DNA of 64,000 nucleotides, from IMG/VR virus record IMGVR_UViG_3300045988_172855; one strand, 5' to 3'. This document shows positions 1 through 8,928 of the stretch, in pieces. The number at the start of each line of letters is the position of its first letter. Positions within the stretch are counted from its first letter, which is position 1. The position numbers were made by a program, and so were the translations under genes. The stretch is from a virus. The notes beneath the pieces are model-generated. The model saw only the letters and a program-made list of their open reading frames with translations, was not told where the DNA came from and searched no databases.

Positions 1-105
1 CAAATCAAGTGTTCCATTAGGATTGATTTTCTCAATCGTAAACTTTTTCATTGGATAAAAATTGTAGGTTACCATACGTCCTAATTTTGCGTTAAACTTT
101 TTCAT
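1..105 (-). CDS. hypothetical protein, N-terminal fragment (gene runs off the left edge)
   Basis: ATG at 105..103 (MKKFNAKLGRMVTYNF...), frame open to position 1. It lies about 45 nt downstream of the promoter box at 150..188. Confidence 0.5.
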   Translation of the reverse strand, partial: MKKFNAKLGRMVTYNFYPMKKFTIEKINPNGTLDL

Positions 106-149
106 TGTCTTTATTTTTAATCGTTAATACTCTTGTTGTTCCTTTTGGA

Positions 150-188
150 TGCCTAAAGATACACCTTTGTGACATGTGTAGCAACACA
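150..188 (-). promoter_or_regulatory. Bacteroidota-type promoter box (-33 TTG / -7 TATCTTTAG)
   Basis: Minus strand reads TGTTGCtacacatgtcacaaaggtgTATCTTTAGgcatccAAAAGG. Member of the recurring box family. Confidence 0.55.
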
Positions 189-277
189 TTCATCAACTTT
201 ATGGTCTAAATTAAGATCTATTAATATTTGACCACGAGTTTAAACACATTTTAATCATTGAGATATAGGAATGTAAA

Positions 278-323
278 GAGATCGTAGCGAAACTTGAATT
301 AAACAAGAATCAACTACGATCTC
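278..323 (-). terminator. hairpin terminator candidate after the 354..968 gene
   Basis: Perfect 10-bp stem gagatcgtag / ctacgatctc (278-287 and 314-323). The loop is large (26 nt). A T-rich tract follows on the minus strand. Confidence 0.4.
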
Positions 324-353
324 AACCTGAAAACAAATGATAGATAAAGAAGC

Positions 354-968
354 CTAACTATTGAGTTCCAATGTAAATTCTGCTTTTATTTCATCAATGC
401 CTGTTTTAATGTTTGCATACGCACGAGCATTGTTCTCACCTGTAGGTGAATAAATTTCATTTTCAATGATTTCAACAAACTTTTTAACCCACTCTATTTT
501 CATGTAGTCGCTTAATCTTCGTCCTCTCAACATAAAATTACTATATTCAATACTACGATTCTTAAAGATCGCTCCTACACGTGTTTCAATCTTCTTACGA
601 GTAGCTTCTCGGTCATCGATATTGTTTTCGGCACGCACAGTTTTAACAAGCCGACACAATTTTTCGCAATCGAGATCAAAAAAGTTGCTACATATTGAAC
701 TGATCTGCATTTGTGAAATCGGTCTTAGTCCTTCGTTAATGTCAGCTAAGACGCTGTTTTGTTGTTTAGTCTCATTAAGTAGAGTCTGCATTGTTTCTTC
801 TTGTCGAGTAACAATACCTTCAATCAAATGTCTAAACCATTTGAAAACAAAAAACCACATCATTCCCGTTATTACGAGAAATAGAGCACATATCATAATT
901 GTGATGCCATAATTACTGACACCTTCTGCAGTTTCAAGTACTGCCTTTGTTCCAGTAGGTAAATCCAT
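354..968 (-). CDS. membrane protein, possible holin or lysis-associated protein
   Basis: Single N-terminal hydrophobic helix (ITIMICALFLVITGMMWFFVF). Sits immediately downstream of the endolysin gene. No catalytic motif seen. Confidence 0.45.
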   Translation of the reverse strand: MDLPTGTKAVLETAEGVSNYGITIMICALFLVITGMMWFFVFKWFRHLIEGIVTRQEETMQTLLNETKQQNSVLADINEGLRPISQMQISSICSNFFDLDCEKLCRLVKTVRAENNIDDREATRKKIETRVGAIFKNRSIEYSNFMLRGRRLSDYMKIEWVKKFVEIIENEIYSPTGENNARAYANIKTGIDEIKAEFTLELNS

Positions 969-991
969 GTTATACTATATTTTATGTTAGA

Positions 992-1465
992 TCATGCTTT
1001 AAAATAAGTTATTTTATCCCAAGTTCCCATATCATAAACGTCAAAGTGTAACCAAGTAACATCTTTCTCAAGACGAATAGGATATGGAAGTTTATGTTTA
1101 TTGAGATCAATCAACTTTCGTGCTTCTTCAGCACTCATACCGACAACAGTAATATCGAACGCATTTCCTGTACAATGAGCACTCATATAGACTTTTTCGA
1201 GTCTTGTCTTTTCTTTAGGGATTTGACAGAGATTACAACGCAGTCCTCTTTGAGTATAATTCCCTGATGGCGATTTCCAGTTATTAATTATAAACGGTTT
1301 CTTAATAATATCACGTCTCAAAACGAGTAAGGTCTCCAATGCTTGTGTAGAGAAGAATGACCATATCTGTGTTTCGTTATATTTATTCATAACGTGTTTA
1401 CAGACAAGTTCTTCGAGTTTGAAAAACTTTTTAATCTCACTTATAAGTTCAACTCTATTCATCAT
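992..1465 (-). CDS. endolysin, peptidase M15 family (VanY / L-alanyl-D-glutamate peptidase-like)
   Basis: SAHCTGNAFD fits the SxHxxGxAxD zinc-ligand motif. A distal His lies in WLHFD. Confidence 0.75.
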   Translation of the reverse strand: MMNRVELISEIKKFFKLEELVCKHVMNKYNETQIWSFFSTQALETLLVLRRDIIKKPFIINNWKSPSGNYTQRGLRCNLCQIPKEKTRLEKVYMSAHCTGNAFDITVVGMSAEEARKLIDLNKHKLPYPIRLEKDVTWLHFDVYDMGTWDKITYFKA

Positions 1466-1485
1466 AATTGTTTTGGTTTAATAAA

Positions 1486-1525
1486 GAAGAGTTCGCTAAC
1501 ATTTTACTGCCAACGAACTCTCTTC
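1486..1525 (-). terminator. hairpin terminator candidate
   Basis: Stem agagttcg / cgaactct (1488-1495 and 1514-1521), followed on the minus strand by TTCTTTATT. Confidence 0.45.
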
Positions 1526-1557
1526 AACTTTTACTAATAATTTATATAACTTCTACT

Positions 1558-1576
1558 CTGTAAAAGTACTCAATTC
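1558..1576 (-). promoter_or_regulatory. weak -7 box variant (TACTTTTAC) upstream of the lysis genes
   Basis: Minus strand reads gagTACTTTTACag. No clean TTG at -33. Confidence 0.3.
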
Positions 1577-1603
1577 AATTTAGTTATGAATAGAAAAAGG
1601 TTC

Positions 1604-2086
1604 TCATCCTTCTTTAATCTCTTCTACTTTTGGTTCAAATGACGTTTTCTTCCATTGATCAATAAAGTGTTCGATCAATCTCCTGCCTTCAATTGCGACT
1701 TTTTCGAGTCGTTCATCCGGTTCCATAAACTCTTCTGCCATTACAGATGCGATACGTTTGACCTTACCAACATATTCGATAAGGTCATCTTTCTTATCCA
1801 ACTCGTCTACAGACTTCTTTGTAATGATATTGAAAGCAATCGCTTCGACAACATTTTTATACTTATTGACACTAGAAACAGCTTTTTGTGCCTGTTGAAC
1901 GTAATCGTTGACAGATTGTGCATTTTGAAAATCTTCTTCAGACCAACCTTCAAGTTTACGTGCTGCCTGATAAATTGTTCTCAACTCCTGCATATTCAAT
2001 GCAATACCTGCCTGTGCGACTTCTAAGCAAAATAATGAAAAACGTACATCGTTTGTTGTTTGATTGTTGTTCATAATTTTATCCAA
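1604..2086 (-). CDS. hypothetical protein
   Basis: 160-aa ORF, co-directional with its neighbours and overlapping the next gene by 8 nt. No recognisable motif. Confidence 0.6.
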   Translation of the reverse strand: MDKIMNNNQTTNDVRFSLFCLEVAQAGIALNMQELRTIYQAARKLEGWSEEDFQNAQSVNDYVQQAQKAVSSVNKYKNVVEAIAFNIITKKSVDELDKKDDLIEYVGKVKRIASVMAEEFMEPDERLEKVAIEGRRLIEHFIDQWKKTSFEPKVEEIKEG

Positions 2087-2333
2087 TAAATTCTTTATAA
2101 TCTACGTCATTAATATCTTTGATTTTCCAACACTTATTTTGATTCTCGTCTAACGAGACAACAAATCGACATTTTAGAACAAGAGATTCGACTAAAATCT
2201 CTTCATCTACTTTACCCTCCCATGATCGTGAAGGTGTACAGACTGTGTAATATGTTCCAATGTCAAAAAGTGCTACTTTAGGACACTTAGTCTGTAGCAC
2301 TTTTTCTAATTCACTCAAAACTTCTGTCGTCAT
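2079..2333 (-). CDS. hypothetical protein
   Basis: 84-aa ORF with 4-nt and 8-nt overlaps to its neighbours, which suggests translational coupling. Confidence 0.55.
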   Translation of the reverse strand: MTTEVLSELEKVLQTKCPKVALFDIGTYYTVCTPSRSWEGKVDEEILVESLVLKCRFVVSLDENQNKCWKIKDINDVDYKEFIG

Positions 2334-3064
2334 TCGTTTTTAGAGTTCAAATCAACGAATTCAGTGACCTCACCTTGTTTGTTGACAATAAGAAGTTTGT
2401 TACGATCCTTACTCAAGAAAACATAACGGTCTTCGTCAACAAGAACAGCAAAATCGAACTCTTCACCTTTATATCGATACTTGACCTCAGTCGTCATCTT
2501 AGCATCATCAGTAGAAATCTTTTTTTTGTCCCATTTTGATTTATAGACAATTGATTTAAGTTCTTCATCTGATAAATATACAGTGAAAAGAATTTTCGGA
2601 TAACTTTCGGGCACGATTGAAGTACTTCCGTCTTCTTCAATTGAAAGTCCAAAATTAATAGGTGAATTTTCGAGATGTGAAATGGTTTCTTTAATAAGTT
2701 CTTCATCATCTCCTAATTCAAACAATACTCCGTCTTTTAATGCTTCAACGAGTTCTTTAAGGTCATTTGGTTTCGCCCAACTTTCAACTAACATTTCGAA
2801 GTCACAATATTCCATAGACTCGACCTGATGTAGAGACGATTCACTTTCAACGTTAATTTTGATTGCCTTTTGACCGTTCTTAGTACGAAATGCTGTTAGA
2901 TGAAATGCGAAACCACATTCTTCTAGAATCGCAATTGTTTTATAAACAGCATCATCAACAGCATCTTCATCGTTCTTTTCAATAAATTGATTGAAATCAA
3001 TCGTAAGCTCTTTGTTTGAAAGAAGTTTTTTTAATTCTCTTCTAATTTTCTCCTTTGTTTTCAT
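2330..3064 (-). CDS. hypothetical acidic protein
   Basis: 244-aa ORF rich in D and E. Lies downstream of the promoter box at 3193..3228. Confidence 0.6.
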   Translation of the reverse strand: MKTKEKIRRELKKLLSNKELTIDFNQFIEKNDEDAVDDAVYKTIAILEECGFAFHLTAFRTKNGQKAIKINVESESSLHQVESMEYCDFEMLVESWAKPNDLKELVEALKDGVLFELGDDEELIKETISHLENSPINFGLSIEEDGSTSIVPESYPKILFTVYLSDEELKSIVYKSKWDKKKISTDDAKMTTEVKYRYKGEEFDFAVLVDEDRYVFLSKDRNKLLIVNKQGEVTEFVDLNSKNE

Positions 3065-3192
3065 TGTTTTTAACTGTTTAATTTAATATTCGATAGAGGA
3101 AAGAAGAACGATTCGTCTGTGTGATATAATTAAAAGTATAACATGGATTAATAATAAATTGTTTATCAAACTCTTTCGTTCTCCTTTCAATG

Positions 3193-3228
3193 CTGTAAAG
3201 ATACTACTTTGTTATCTCTTCAACAACA
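3193..3228 (-). promoter_or_regulatory. promoter box, sub-class II (GATAACAAAGTAGTATCTTTAC)
   Basis: Minus strand reads GTTGTTGaagagataacaaagtagTATCTTTACagc, with 17 nt between TTG and TA. Confidence 0.5.
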
Positions 3229-3521
3229 CTGTCGTTATTTTCGGTCCTCTTTTCCATTGAATTGTAGATATTAAGAATTGTATCTACAGTATTAAGTTCT
3301 ATAATTTCCGATTTATCTTTCGCTATATATAAGTTATCAATCAGCTGGATATACAACATTCCTTTATAATTAAAAACTTGTTTACGAACTATTTGTTTAT
3401 ATTTCTGTGAAAGATCTGTACAACGAAAACCTTCACCGACAACACTGTAAATACAAAGAACTGTTTTTACGTCATTGTTATTATTAATATAAAAAAGTCT
3501 TTTTTTGATCTTTTGATACAA
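3204..3521 (-). CDS. hypothetical protein
   Basis: 105-aa ORF. Overlaps the upstream ORF by 38 nt, so the true start may be internal. Confidence 0.5.
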   Translation of the reverse strand: MYQKIKKRLFYINNNNDVKTVLCIYSVVGEGFRCTDLSQKYKQIVRKQVFNYKGMLYIQLIDNLYIAKDKSEIIELNTVDTILNIYNSMEKRTENNDSVVEEITK

Positions 3522-4107
3522 AGATATTGTTACAACGATCGCTCGGTGTCACTTCTTCATCTTCAAAAAGAAATGCTGAATATACAATCACCTTAAAATT
3601 CTTTCCGTCATTAAACCAATTATAAATGTATTGCCAACGATACATTTTCTTCAGATCCATAATAAAATCGATCAACGGAATTGTAGGATAGGGATATGAT
3701 AGATTTACATCTTCTTTTACCGATTTATCTGATATAAAAACATTACCGGTGACACGTTTACTTTCTGTTAAATTCATGTTCGAAATCACGTTCTCACAAT
3801 CAAATTCAATAGCAATTTCGTCTAATGTCATACTTAAACTTCTGATACTTTCACATATCGGCATGTTTATACAAAATCCACTGTAATACTTGTTCATCCA
3901 AGACTTCTTTGTGACAAAATCAGTATCTTCTATACTTAGAAAGTCTTTTGCAATTGCCGTAGGTTTTGGTCTCATACACTTTTTCGAATCATAAAAGACC
4001 TTTGCCCCTGTAATCCAATTGATCGCTTCTACAATCTTTATATCAATTGGACCGTCTACGTAAATAATGATGTTTCTCCACTTCTCATTGAATTCTTCTC
4101 TTGTCAT
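3484..4107 (-). CDS. hypothetical protein
   Basis: 207-aa co-directional ORF. No recognisable motif. Confidence 0.6.
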   Translation of the reverse strand: MTREEFNEKWRNIIIYVDGPIDIKIVEAINWITGAKVFYDSKKCMRPKPTAIAKDFLSIEDTDFVTKKSWMNKYYSGFCINMPICESIRSLSMTLDEIAIEFDCENVISNMNLTESKRVTGNVFISDKSVKEDVNLSYPYPTIPLIDFIMDLKKMYRWQYIYNWFNDGKNFKVIVYSAFLFEDEEVTPSDRCNNIFVSKDQKKTFLY

Positions 4108-4110
4108 AGC

Positions 4111-4629
4111 TTAGGATAATTTAAATGTTTCTATTCTGTTTACAATCTTCGATAACTTATAATCAAATGCGTCAAGAATAATCTCCTTGTTAGTTTCGAC
4201 CTCTATTCTCTTTAGCAACACAGTTCCATCACGCTCGTTCTTTGATACTGAATAAGTATACTCATCAGTGTTTCTATAAACACTATCACTCGATACACCA
4301 ATTGATGCATATTGTTCACTTATCTCTAATTTATCTTTAGAGATCACAATGTGTACGTAATCGTTAATCTTCTCCTTAATCTTTTCCATTGTTTCGGGAT
4401 TTATTAATTCAATACGTTCGTCTCTCATAATTTCTAGGAACTTGTTCAACTTCTCTTCGTCATTGAACTTTATCTGTAAAACGGTAATATTATCCTTACC
4501 GTCTACTCTTCTTTTGATGTATCTTCGTGAATGATCGTATAGATACATTGCTTTGTGTAGGGTAGTTTGTTGTTCCCAAGAACAGACTTTAATAAGTTCT
4601 GTGTAATTTATATAAATCTTTCGTTCCAT
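4111..4629 (-). CDS. hypothetical protein
   Basis: 172-aa co-directional ORF with 3-nt spacing to the next gene. Confidence 0.6.
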   Translation of the reverse strand: MERKIYINYTELIKVCSWEQQTTLHKAMYLYDHSRRYIKRRVDGKDNITVLQIKFNDEEKLNKFLEIMRDERIELINPETMEKIKEKINDYVHIVISKDKLEISEQYASIGVSSDSVYRNTDEYTYSVSKNERDGTVLLKRIEVETNKEIILDAFDYKLSKIVNRIETFKLS

Positions 4630-4631
4630 TG

Positions 4632-4808
4632 TTACTTTATTTTTATCGTTAAACTATTCTCATTTGCATAAGCGACTGCTTTCTCTAGTTCATCGAATCG
4701 TTGTGATGAACTATTGTAATACATTCCTGTTCTTACATTGATAAAATTGACCTGATAGCAAGTTCTGCCATACATTCTAACTCGTACTATTTCTGCTATA
4801 TCTTTCAT
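4632..4808 (-). CDS. small hypothetical protein (58 aa, below the ORF-track cut-off)
   Basis: Hand translation: MKDIAEIVRVRMYGRTCYQVNFINVRTGMYYNSSSQRFDELEKAVAYANENSLTIKIK*. The ATG directly abuts a -7 box. The stop is 2 nt before the next gene's ATG. Confidence 0.5.
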   Translation of the reverse strand: MKDIAEIVRVRMYGRTCYQVNFINVRTGMYYNSSSQRFDELEKAVAYANENSLTIKIK

Positions 4809-4822
4809 GTCCTAAAGGTACT
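4809..4822 (-). promoter_or_regulatory. -7 box (TACCTTTAGG) abutting an ATG, possible leaderless transcript
   Basis: Minus strand reads TACCTTTAGGACATG. There is no clear -33 TTG because a terminator hairpin lies just upstream. Confidence 0.35.
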
Positions 4823-4829
4823 AAATTAT

Positions 4830-4858
4830 TAGAAAGAGTGGAACTTAATGTTCCACTC
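4830..4858 (-). terminator. rho-independent terminator
   Basis: 9-bp stem gagtggaac / gttccactc with a 5-nt loop, followed on the minus strand by TTTCT. Confidence 0.6.
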
Positions 4859-4869
4859 AATCATTGTTA

Positions 4870-5292
4870 TTAGAGACTCAATATGAAATTATAAACTTCT
4901 GCAAGACCATCGTAGTCTAATGATTGTAAATCTTCAAAAATCTTTTCTTCACAATATTCACGTTCATCATCTTCATCGTCTTCATCGTCTAAGATAGAAC
5001 GATATTCGTTACCGTTGATCTTTTCGTATACCTTTTTAAGTTGTTCGAGATCAAGCTCACTTATTCTATCAGCCACTTCATCGTACAGATCTGAGTAACA
5101 ACTTTCGAGATCAAAATCACATCCGGCTGGATATGCATCTTCGTCATTTGATTCGAACAATTCGTAACCTTTGTAAAAGTACTCTTTTCCTTGTTCATCT
5201 ACTAGAATTGTAGGATTTACTTGTTTAACTGTCAGTTCAACTCTTCTGCGATTTGAGTAAAACATCACTTCAATTTTGTCATTTGTTGTCAT
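4870..5292 (-). CDS. highly acidic hypothetical protein
   Basis: 140 aa with runs such as DDEDDEDDERE. Forms a monocistronic unit between the promoter box at 5344..5383 and the terminator at 4830..4858. Confidence 0.65.
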   Translation of the reverse strand: MTTNDKIEVMFYSNRRRVELTVKQVNPTILVDEQGKEYFYKGYELFESNDEDAYPAGCDFDLESCYSDLYDEVADRISELDLEQLKKVYEKINGNEYRSILDDEDDEDDEREYCEEKIFEDLQSLDYDGLAEVYNFILSL

Positions 5293-5343
5293 AGTTGTTA
5301 AAATTTTAATTGTTAATACTAATGTGTCTCATTTCTTTCGACG

Positions 5344-5383
5344 CTGTAAAGATACACCTTTTTGATACACTGGACAACAATTT
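5344..5383 (-). promoter_or_regulatory. promoter box, sub-class I
   Basis: Minus strand reads ATTGTTGtccagtgtatcaaaaaggtgTATCTTTACagcgtcGAAAGAAA. Confidence 0.55.
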
Positions 5384-5427
5384 CGACCATAAATTTCTAA
5401 AATATTTTTATGTGCTACATTATTATT

Positions 5428-5547
5428 TTTCCATTTATATTGATCTTTCTATATCTCAGTAAATTAGTCGATACACTGCCTAGACATTAATCTCGCTGCA
5501 CAAAACACCAATATTTGCTGTCCAAATTCGATTTCCATTTATATTGA
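5428..5547. repeat. two copies of a 16-bp direct repeat in a non-coding region
   Basis: tttccatttatattga occurs at 5428-5443 and 5532-5547, inside the roughly 330-bp ORF-free interval 5293..5622. Confidence 0.6.
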
Positions 5548-5588
5548 AAATAAAATAGGATCAAACAGTCTCACGACTCCTTGATCCT
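5545..5588 (-). terminator. hairpin terminator candidate
   Basis: Stem aggatcaa / ttgatcct (5557-5564 and 5581-5588), followed on the minus strand by ATTTTATTTT. Confidence 0.5.
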
Positions 5589-5622
5589 TCTATAGAATAA
5601 TTAAACTAACTAAACAGAACAC

Positions 5623-5814
5623 TTATGGTTGCCATGTAATTGAGTCAATACTTACCGGAATGTAATCCGGATATTCTTTCTCTAGTCTTTCGAAAATCAT
5701 TGTTTCTTCTTTATCGCTTAGAGGGAGTTTTGTTATTTCTACGTCATTCAATGGAACGTGCATTTGTACTTTTACTCCTTCTTTTTGTTCAAATGTTACT
5801 AATATAACTATCAT
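5623..5814 (-). CDS. small hypothetical protein with a strong Shine-Dalgarno site
   Basis: The track starts at a GTG (5820). The ATG at 5814 is preceded by AAGGAGGTGAAT. The gene is flanked by long non-coding stretches. Confidence 0.55.
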   Translation of the reverse strand: MIVILVTFEQKEGVKVQMHVPLNDVEITKLPLSDKEETMIFERLEKEYPDYIPVSIDSITWQP

Positions 5815-5992
5815 ATTCACCTCCTTTCTTCTTTTATTGGTAGTTAAACTTTGTTTTAATTCACTATTTGATAAATATTGCGTTCATTTATTATCTTATA
5901 TGTTGTTTCTTTAATTAAACTTATTTAAACGAATGGACCTATTCTCACGAACCGGTCCAGTTCTAACAATTAAATTAACTATATGACAACAT

Positions 5993-7105
5993 TCAAATTC
6001 TTTTCATTTGTTTTAATCTTTGTAGCAATTCTTTCTTCTTTTCTTGTCCTACTTTTTCTTCAATCACCTGAGCATCAGTTATTTCTATAGGATTCATTTC
6101 GTGTAGGAATGTTGAATTTGCTACTTGAAGTTCGCCCCAATCGTATGCTTTGATCATGTCTCCGGGCAACTGTATCTTTTCCTGTCCTAATATGTTCTTA
6201 TTGAATCCGTTGAAATCTTTGTACCAACTTGTTGCCAATTGATGTATCAGTATCTCAGGCCTGATGCCCGACTTAGCCGCTACCAATCCTATAATTATGC
6301 TATTTATAGGGATTTCTCGCATGATTCTTGTTACGTTCTCTCCTCCATGTATAGTTGCATTTATATCTATTTTTCCATCAACAGTCAACTTGAGTTCATT
6401 ACCTTTTACTTCTTTTCTCGCTTGTTCGAGTAAATTACGGACTTCTCGTGACATATTCAGAGCTTTTGTCTCTTGGTCGTTATTGATATAGTATTCGTAT
6501 TTTAAGTAGAGATCTGTCAACATATCATTTATGATCTCTAATCGTCCGGATTCTGTTGCGACTTTATATTTATCACTCTTTAACAGATATTTAGCTTGTC
6601 TTGATTCGATTACGTTCTTGTTCTCATTATAGAATTTCGTCAACTCATCATCGTTGAGATCGTAACCTTCTTTTGACTTAATTATCTTTTTTACATCCTT
6701 AGCTGAACACATTGAACCAAATAGGTCAATTAACTGAGGAGTCAACTTTGCTAACGCTTTACTTCTGTCGTTATAGAGATCAAACGTATTATAATATCTT
6801 TGTTTTGCATGATTATATTCTGCGATCAAAGGAAGTATTATTTCTTTCCTAATTTCCTGAGCATCAGCAATATCCTCGTCTCTTGCTCCTCTTGATTTCA
6901 TAATACCTTTTACGTTGACGTACTTTAGATCAATGACATGCGTTTCGTTGTTCTTTCCTATGTATGTCAAAAAACGGTCCGAACTCTCGTCTAAAGCCCG
7001 TCTCTTGAGCTCGTAATCAATATACGAATTCTGCATGTGTGCCGAAGCAATTTGTACGAAATCCGGTGCTTCTTTTAATATCTCACTTCTATCAATTTGT
7101 TTCAT
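5993..7105 (-). CDS. hypothetical protein (370 aa)
   Basis: Long ORF downstream of the promoter box at 7130..7166, with a coiled-coil-like K/E-rich C-terminus. No catalytic motif recognised. Confidence 0.65.
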   Translation of the reverse strand: MKQIDRSEILKEAPDFVQIASAHMQNSYIDYELKRRALDESSDRFLTYIGKNNETHVIDLKYVNVKGIMKSRGARDEDIADAQEIRKEIILPLIAEYNHAKQRYYNTFDLYNDRSKALAKLTPQLIDLFGSMCSAKDVKKIIKSKEGYDLNDDELTKFYNENKNVIESRQAKYLLKSDKYKVATESGRLEIINDMLTDLYLKYEYYINNDQETKALNMSREVRNLLEQARKEVKGNELKLTVDGKIDINATIHGGENVTRIMREIPINSIIIGLVAAKSGIRPEILIHQLATSWYKDFNGFNKNILGQEKIQLPGDMIKAYDWGELQVANSTFLHEMNPIEITDAQVIEEKVGQEKKKELLQRLKQMKRI

Positions 7106-7129
7106 TTCTACTATCGTTTACTATTTTAT

Positions 7130-7166
7130 GCGTAAAGATATAGATAATAGTTTGATCTCGCAATAG
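7130..7166 (-). promoter_or_regulatory. promoter box
   Basis: Minus strand reads ATTGcgagatcaaactattatctaTATCTTTACgc, with 20 nt between TTG and TA. Confidence 0.5.
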
Positions 7167-7252
7167 TAAAATTCAAATTAGTACCATATATTGTTTACCA
7201 ATTGTGAATCTTCATTTGTTTCTGTTTTGATTTCTTGTTGTTCCATGTGTCT

Positions 7253-7456
7253 TTAATTTATAGGTTCAAAATCTAATCTTTTTATTTTGCACTTTTCTCG
7301 TGCCTTTAATTTAGGAGATTCAAGTATTCGATATCCGTCATTGTGTTCTAAACGAAATGACTTTCCTCTGATATAATAAAGGCAATTCAAACATTCGTAT
7401 CGAGATTTGTTTCCTCTACAATACAGTTTATACTTTTTATCCATCTTTTTCAACAA
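7253..7456 (-). CDS. small Cys-rich hypothetical protein
   Basis: 67-aa co-directional ORF containing CRGNKSRYECLNC. Confidence 0.5.
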   Translation of the reverse strand: MLKKMDKKYKLYCRGNKSRYECLNCLYYIRGKSFRLEHNDGYRILESPKLKAREKCKIKRLDFEPIN

Positions 7457-7715
7457 TATTCTTTTTGTTCACTCTTAAATCAGTCATAGATGCCTCTTTA
7501 TATGGATAATCTGCAACTACATTTTGTTGAACAAGTTGATCTTTGACTTCTTCATCGTTTTTAACAAGCCATATCTTTATTCTTGTACCTTCACCAAAAC
7601 CACAAATACCGACAATGTGACGATATCTGTCGTTGTTCTTTAAAGTCGTTCCTTTTTTCAAATCATTTGTATAGTAGATTTGAATCTCTTCATCGAAAAT
7701 TAAAATTGTTATCAT
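7437..7715 (-). CDS. hypothetical protein
   Basis: 92-aa ORF with a 4-nt overlap to the upstream gene. Confidence 0.55.
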   Translation of the reverse strand: MITILIFDEEIQIYYTNDLKKGTTLKNNDRYRHIVGICGFGEGTRIKIWLVKNDEEVKDQLVQQNVVADYPYKEASMTDLRVNKKNIVEKDG

Positions 7716-7915
7716 AATGTTGCAGTTTTAAGTACAGTATCCAATCCAAGTAATATGTTATCTTTCTCTTCTTCTGTATCAAAATAGAAGTGTTCCCAAA
7801 CATTCGAGATTTTGATCGCAATTACAAACTTCTTCGTTGACGAAGTCTTACCGAGATCTTTGTATCGTCCAATTGACGTAATTTTGATTCGTTGATCGTT
7901 AATTCTTATAAACAT
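7712..7915 (-). CDS. hypothetical protein
   Basis: 67-aa ORF that overlaps both neighbours. Confidence 0.5.
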   Translation of the reverse strand: MFIRINDQRIKITSIGRYKDLGKTSSTKKFVIAIKISNVWEHFYFDTEEEKDNILLGLDTVLKTATL

Positions 7916-8261
7916 AAGGCAATTTATTTAAATCTTTATACCATTGATTAACTGTCTCTTGTGCTCCCATTACTTCTAGATTGCCAGTAAGTTCTTGTAC
8001 TGAAAAGACTCTTATTTTAGGAGTATATGCTTTACCGTTATTAATAGTTGTATTCGGTATCGAATATACTTCTAATTCAAACAAATAACCCATAACTAAC
8101 GGTCCAAAGTGCGGTTCGATATTCATAGTATAAACTGACATTTTACGATCTTTATCATCTACGCCTTTATATTCGATAATAAACGTACATACAAAGTGAC
8201 CTTCATTGTCATAGATCTTCGTTACTTGATTCTTGTGTATCGTTCCAATTATCTTCTGCAT
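7899..8261 (-). CDS. hypothetical protein
   Basis: 120-aa co-directional ORF. Confidence 0.55.
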   Translation of the reverse strand: MQKIIGTIHKNQVTKIYDNEGHFVCTFIIEYKGVDDKDRKMSVYTMNIEPHFGPLVMGYLFELEVYSIPNTTINNGKAYTPKIRVFSVQELTGNLEVMGAQETVNQWYKDLNKLPYVYKN

Positions 8262-8719
8262 AAATATTGATTAGTATTTATATTTATATTTAGAAAGGCT
8301 TCTATTGAAGCTCGTTCTATCAACTCTTCCTCAGATTTAGTTCGATCATAAAAAGCGGCGTTTAGATCGATAGATGTGAAAATATATTGATTTGGAATAT
8401 CAAAGTCTTTATTATAAATCCGACCAAATTCAAACACTGTATTACAAATTACGATTTGATTCTTTTCGTTTATGGCAAAATCAATATCATTGTTAATGCA
8501 CTCTTGAGAAAGAAGTTCAATTAGTCGTAATATAACAATTTCAGGTCTTTCATAAGGTATCCAAACGCGATTCTTAATCTTTAAAAATGAGAAGCAATTG
8601 AGTTGAGCAATTCCAATCAACGTCCATACAAATAAAAGATTTCTTTCATCGTTTTCACAAGACTCTTTATTGAAAATTTGATGTAACTTTTCAACATCTA
8701 CTTGTTGTTTTGTTGTCAT
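8249..8719 (-). CDS. hypothetical protein
   Basis: 156-aa co-directional ORF. Confidence 0.55.
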   Translation of the reverse strand: MTTKQQVDVEKLHQIFNKESCENDERNLLFVWTLIGIAQLNCFSFLKIKNRVWIPYERPEIVILRLIELLSQECINNDIDFAINEKNQIVICNTVFEFGRIYNKDFDIPNQYIFTSIDLNAAFYDRTKSEEELIERASIEAFLNININTNQYLCRR

Positions 8720-8928
8720 AAATCTTCATTATTTAATTTCTGTATATCGTTTCTATCGATATCTGTATCGTAACCTGAACTTTTTACATCAATACATTGT
8801 GACTTATCATCGTAAGGACAATTTGTCGCATATTGACAACTTAAACATGCGTTCGATAGACTTTTATTTATGTCTTTAACTTCACTTGCCATAATTTTAC
8901 TTTTTGGGTTGATTATTTGCTTTTTCAA
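8716..8928 (-). CDS. small Cys-rich hypothetical protein
   Basis: 70-aa ORF containing CLSCQYATNCPYDDKSQC. Confidence 0.5.
   Translation of the reverse strand: MKKQIINPKSKIMASEVKDINKSLSNACLSCQYATNCPYDDKSQCIDVKSSGYDTDIDRNDIQKLNNEDL

Noticed and set aside
5293-5622. A tRNA or other structured RNA gene in the long intergenic regions (also 5821..5992, 7106..7252 and 10349..10517).
   Set aside because: By eye I found no cloverleaf-compatible set of GC-rich stems and no conserved T-loop (GTTCGAATC-like) sequence. A tRNAscan-type run would be needed to be certain.
5993-7105. The 370-aa orphan, and other orphans over 170 aa, as the missing invertase or integrase.
   Set aside because: There is no N-terminal serine-recombinase motif (Y.RVS....Q) and no recognisable R...HxxR...Y tyrosine-recombinase layout. 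The sequence is helical and K/E-rich instead.
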